This document shows, in pieces, positions 37,869 to 40,464 of a stretch of 40,464 nucleotides of DNA. How positions within the stretch are numbered: the stretch's first letter is position 1; each line of letters opens with the position of its first letter. The notes beneath the pieces were generated by a model. The model was not told the origin of the DNA. It worked only from the letters and a program-made list of their open reading frames with translations, and ran no database searches. Origin of the DNA: Bugula neritina (Eukaryota > Animalia > Bryozoa); assembly GCA_964035545.1 (NCBI GenBank), contig CAXIUT010000096.1, positions 49,201 through 89,664 on the forward strand, written 5' to 3'. The translations under genes were made by a program, and so were the position numbers.

Positions 37869-38613
37869 ATGAGTATAACCTCTTCAAATAGTAACAGGAA
37901 TACTACTAAATTACGTATAGTCTTTCTTGGCGATCAAGCAGTAGGTAAAAGTTCTATCATCGATCGCTACACCACCAATAGATTCAACTAAACCCATAAC
38001 GTACCCCAAAAAACACATAGAATACCATTGGTATCGATTTCAATGTTAGAGATTTGAACAGATACGGACAAAACTATCGATTACAGATGTGGGACACAGC
38101 TGGTCAATAAAGATATCGCAGTCTAATACCTACTTATCTAAAAAATGCACATTGTGTTGTTTTTGTTTATGATGTCACCAAACCATCAACACTGGCTGCT
38201 ATCAGAGGATGGTATAAGTTGTTTATTTAACACCAACAGGCTCCAGGAATAGTTGTAGGAAATAAAGTTGATCTCAATAATGGAAGGTACTTATGATAGT
38301 AGTTAGAAAAGTTACTAGAGAGTAAGGATAAGAATTAGCGACTTAGCTAAGGTTAAATTACTTCTAGGTATCAGCTAAGACAGGAAAGAAAGTTAACTAG
38401 TTATTTTAGATGGTAGTAGATTCTATTTCTTCAGAACGTAAAAAGTAGGAAGAACTTATCGAATCCAGTCGCAATAAAATGAAAGATATTAAAACAATAG
38501 AAGAACAAGAAGGTTAAGATGGCAATAACTAGAATGGACCAGATAAAAAAGTAAGTCTCAAAACAAAAAGTATCTAATTTGCTAAAAACATTAAATGTTG
38601 TTCATAATCATGA
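37869..38613 (+). CDS. RAB6: Rab GTPase, divergent Rab6-like
   Basis: LGDQAVGKSS, TIGIDF, WDTAGQERYRSLIPTY, GNKVDL, EVSAKTG, C-terminal CCSES (CCXXX). 20-nt introns at 38001-38020 and 38287-38306. Confidence 0.85.
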
Positions 38614-38666
38614 GTCTATTTATCTATTTATCATATTATTTAAATAATAACTGAATAAGATCATCT

Positions 38667-39697
38667 TCATTTCGTCTATTGAGGTTTTGCATGCAGGGTG
38701 TCTTTATGTTTCTGGTAGGCCTCGATTTCTTGGACAGAAAGATAGCTATAAATAGGTAGACTTGGTGAATTGTATCCTTTGATTGAGATCTGTCTGACTT
38801 TATCAACTCCCACTTCCTACAATAAATAAGGCAAAAATCTATAAGCACCATGCATGATGTTTTTAACTAACTATGCATTGCTCATATTGAGTCTCCCAAC
38901 TTTCAAAGCGCTGAATAACAACATAAATACTAAACAGGTCCATTTCCCATCATGGTATAAGTCGAATTCATAAGATCATTAAGGTATTCCTCATAGGTGC
39001 TATACTTTTCTTTAAGATGTTCAGGGACATCTTAGCAATCAATAGGAAAAGGATATCTAAATAATTGATAAATTTACTTATGTTTTTCATAGAATAGCTT
39101 TCCAAGACATTTTCTCAACAAGTTATAGATTTTCCAATCACAAAAGAACAGATCATTGGCATTGAGTAATTTTATTTTTTATTTATTGACTCTAAAATGT
39201 TTCTTAGCTCTTTGATATCCAATAGCCTATGACAACATCGGCAATGATAGATCTTGAATCTTGTTGACATAGGCTTCTTAGGGGTCCATTGCAAAAATAG
39301 CACATCTTGAATTATATTGCTATGAATAGATAGGAACAGGCAGAGATATTTGAATGGGTCTCACAGAATAGTGCTAAGGAACTTCTGATAGAACAATTTA
39401 AAGGTAAATAAAACCTTCATTTCCATCCTGGAAGAGATCTTTTACATTTTTAGTTTTTGATATAAATTATTTTAAACTAGTGACAGCTTGATTGATTTGA
39501 TGTTTATCTAATTTGATCAACTCCATTGATTATTTTTTCTTTCTGATATGCATTTTAGTCCGTTTGGTTATGTACTTATTATGTGGTAGATATTTTTATA
39601 AAGGCTCTCTTTTTGAGGATTGTTCCTATGCCTGCTCTTCTTAGATTTACTATACTACTGCTTCTTGCTATTGAACCTTTTTCTGCTTTTTGCCCAT
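38667..39697 (-). CDS. RSL1D1: Ribosomal L1 domain-containing protein (RSL1D1/Utp30/Cic1 family)
   Basis: RPIQISLPVP, DLFFCDWKIYNLLRKCLGKLFYEKH.YPFPI, LKVGRLNMSNAELVKNI, ISIKGYNSPSLPIY; two short introns. Confidence 0.85.
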
Positions 39698-40383
39698 TGT
39701 TGTTGAATAGATTAATTAATATATAAAAGTATAACAGGAAAAAAATATATCCAATAACATCCAATAAGGATAATAAAAACAGGTTTTAAAAGTATTTGCT
39801 ATGATTTTAGATGAATTTTGAGTAAAATATAGACTATTGAAGATTTTTGTTTGATATTTTATTTTAAGCAGGATTTTACTTTGATCTTTATGAGTTTAAT
39901 TTTAACATATAAGTCTTTATAAATACTACCTTTGTGTTTTTAACTTTGTATTGTACTTTTTTATTCATTTTTATCAAATATTTTAACCAAAACTCAAAAG
40001 GAAATAATCAATTTAGATGATATTTTTATCTAAAAATATGAATTATCATCAAAAGAAATCTATCTTAAAGATGTGTATGTATCAAGATCTTTTAGAAATA
40101 AAAATATAAAAGAAATAATCGTAATTTATCATCAAAATTAACTTCAAACATGACAGTTATTTAAAATACACTAATAAAATAATCAAAAGAATAAATACCT
40201 GATTTAGATAGTATGAACTGTTATTATCCATCATTATCTTCTAAAAAAAGAAACTTGACTTTAGATATATTTTAATTTAAAAACAGTTAAGATATACTAT
40301 TTCTACTCTAATAAAATAATTCTATAAATAATTAATATAAGTAAAACAATTTGAATACTTTAATTCCAAATCTATAAAATAAA

Positions 40384-40464
40384 GGGGTTGGGGTTGGGGT
40401 TGGGGTTGGGGTTGGGGTTGGGGTTGGGGTTGGGGTTGGGGTTGGGGTTGGGGTTGGGGTTGGG
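40384..40464 (-). repeat. Right terminal telomere (GGGGTT)n, ending ..TTGGG
   Basis: Perfect G4T2 to the last base; the reverse complement starts 5'-CCCAA like the left end. Confidence 0.97.

Noticed and set aside
1-40464. CRISPR array, transposon, rRNA or tRNA genes
   Set aside because: The repeats are simple hexamers separated by kilobases of eukaryotic genes. No transposase, RT, TIR or RNA-gene signature recognised by eye.

Overview
AT-rich eukaryotic DNA that reads as a telomere-to-telomere ciliate macronuclear (MAC) contig, with (C4A2)n at the left end and (G4T2)n at the right. The supplied ORF track uses the wrong code. At invariant catalytic positions in five unrelated proteins both TAA and TAG stand for glutamate, and TGA is the only stop. 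This is NCBI table 30, which points to a peritrich ciliate (inference). Re-translated by hand, the window holds about 28 tightly packed genes: PPIL2, an ANTH-like protein, ADO/PCO dioxygenase, YIP1, condensin CAP-H, cytochrome b5 reductase, a RING-H2 protein, a BTB protein, a NEK kinase, chitin synthase, a Rab6-like GTPase, RSL1D1, two secreted proteins and several hypotheticals. Most introns are exactly 20 nt. The most striking feature is six internal 64-84 nt telomeric tracts. All lie in the same orientation, all are compatible with the same 5'-CCCAA start as the true left end, and four fall inside coding sequences that continue on the far side. The best explanation is that they are ends of nested, alternatively fragmented MAC molecules overlaid in the assembly, which would mean breakage and de novo telomere addition inside genes. 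True in-gene insertions of telomeric repeats are the alternative. All coordinates and translations are manual, with no database searches.
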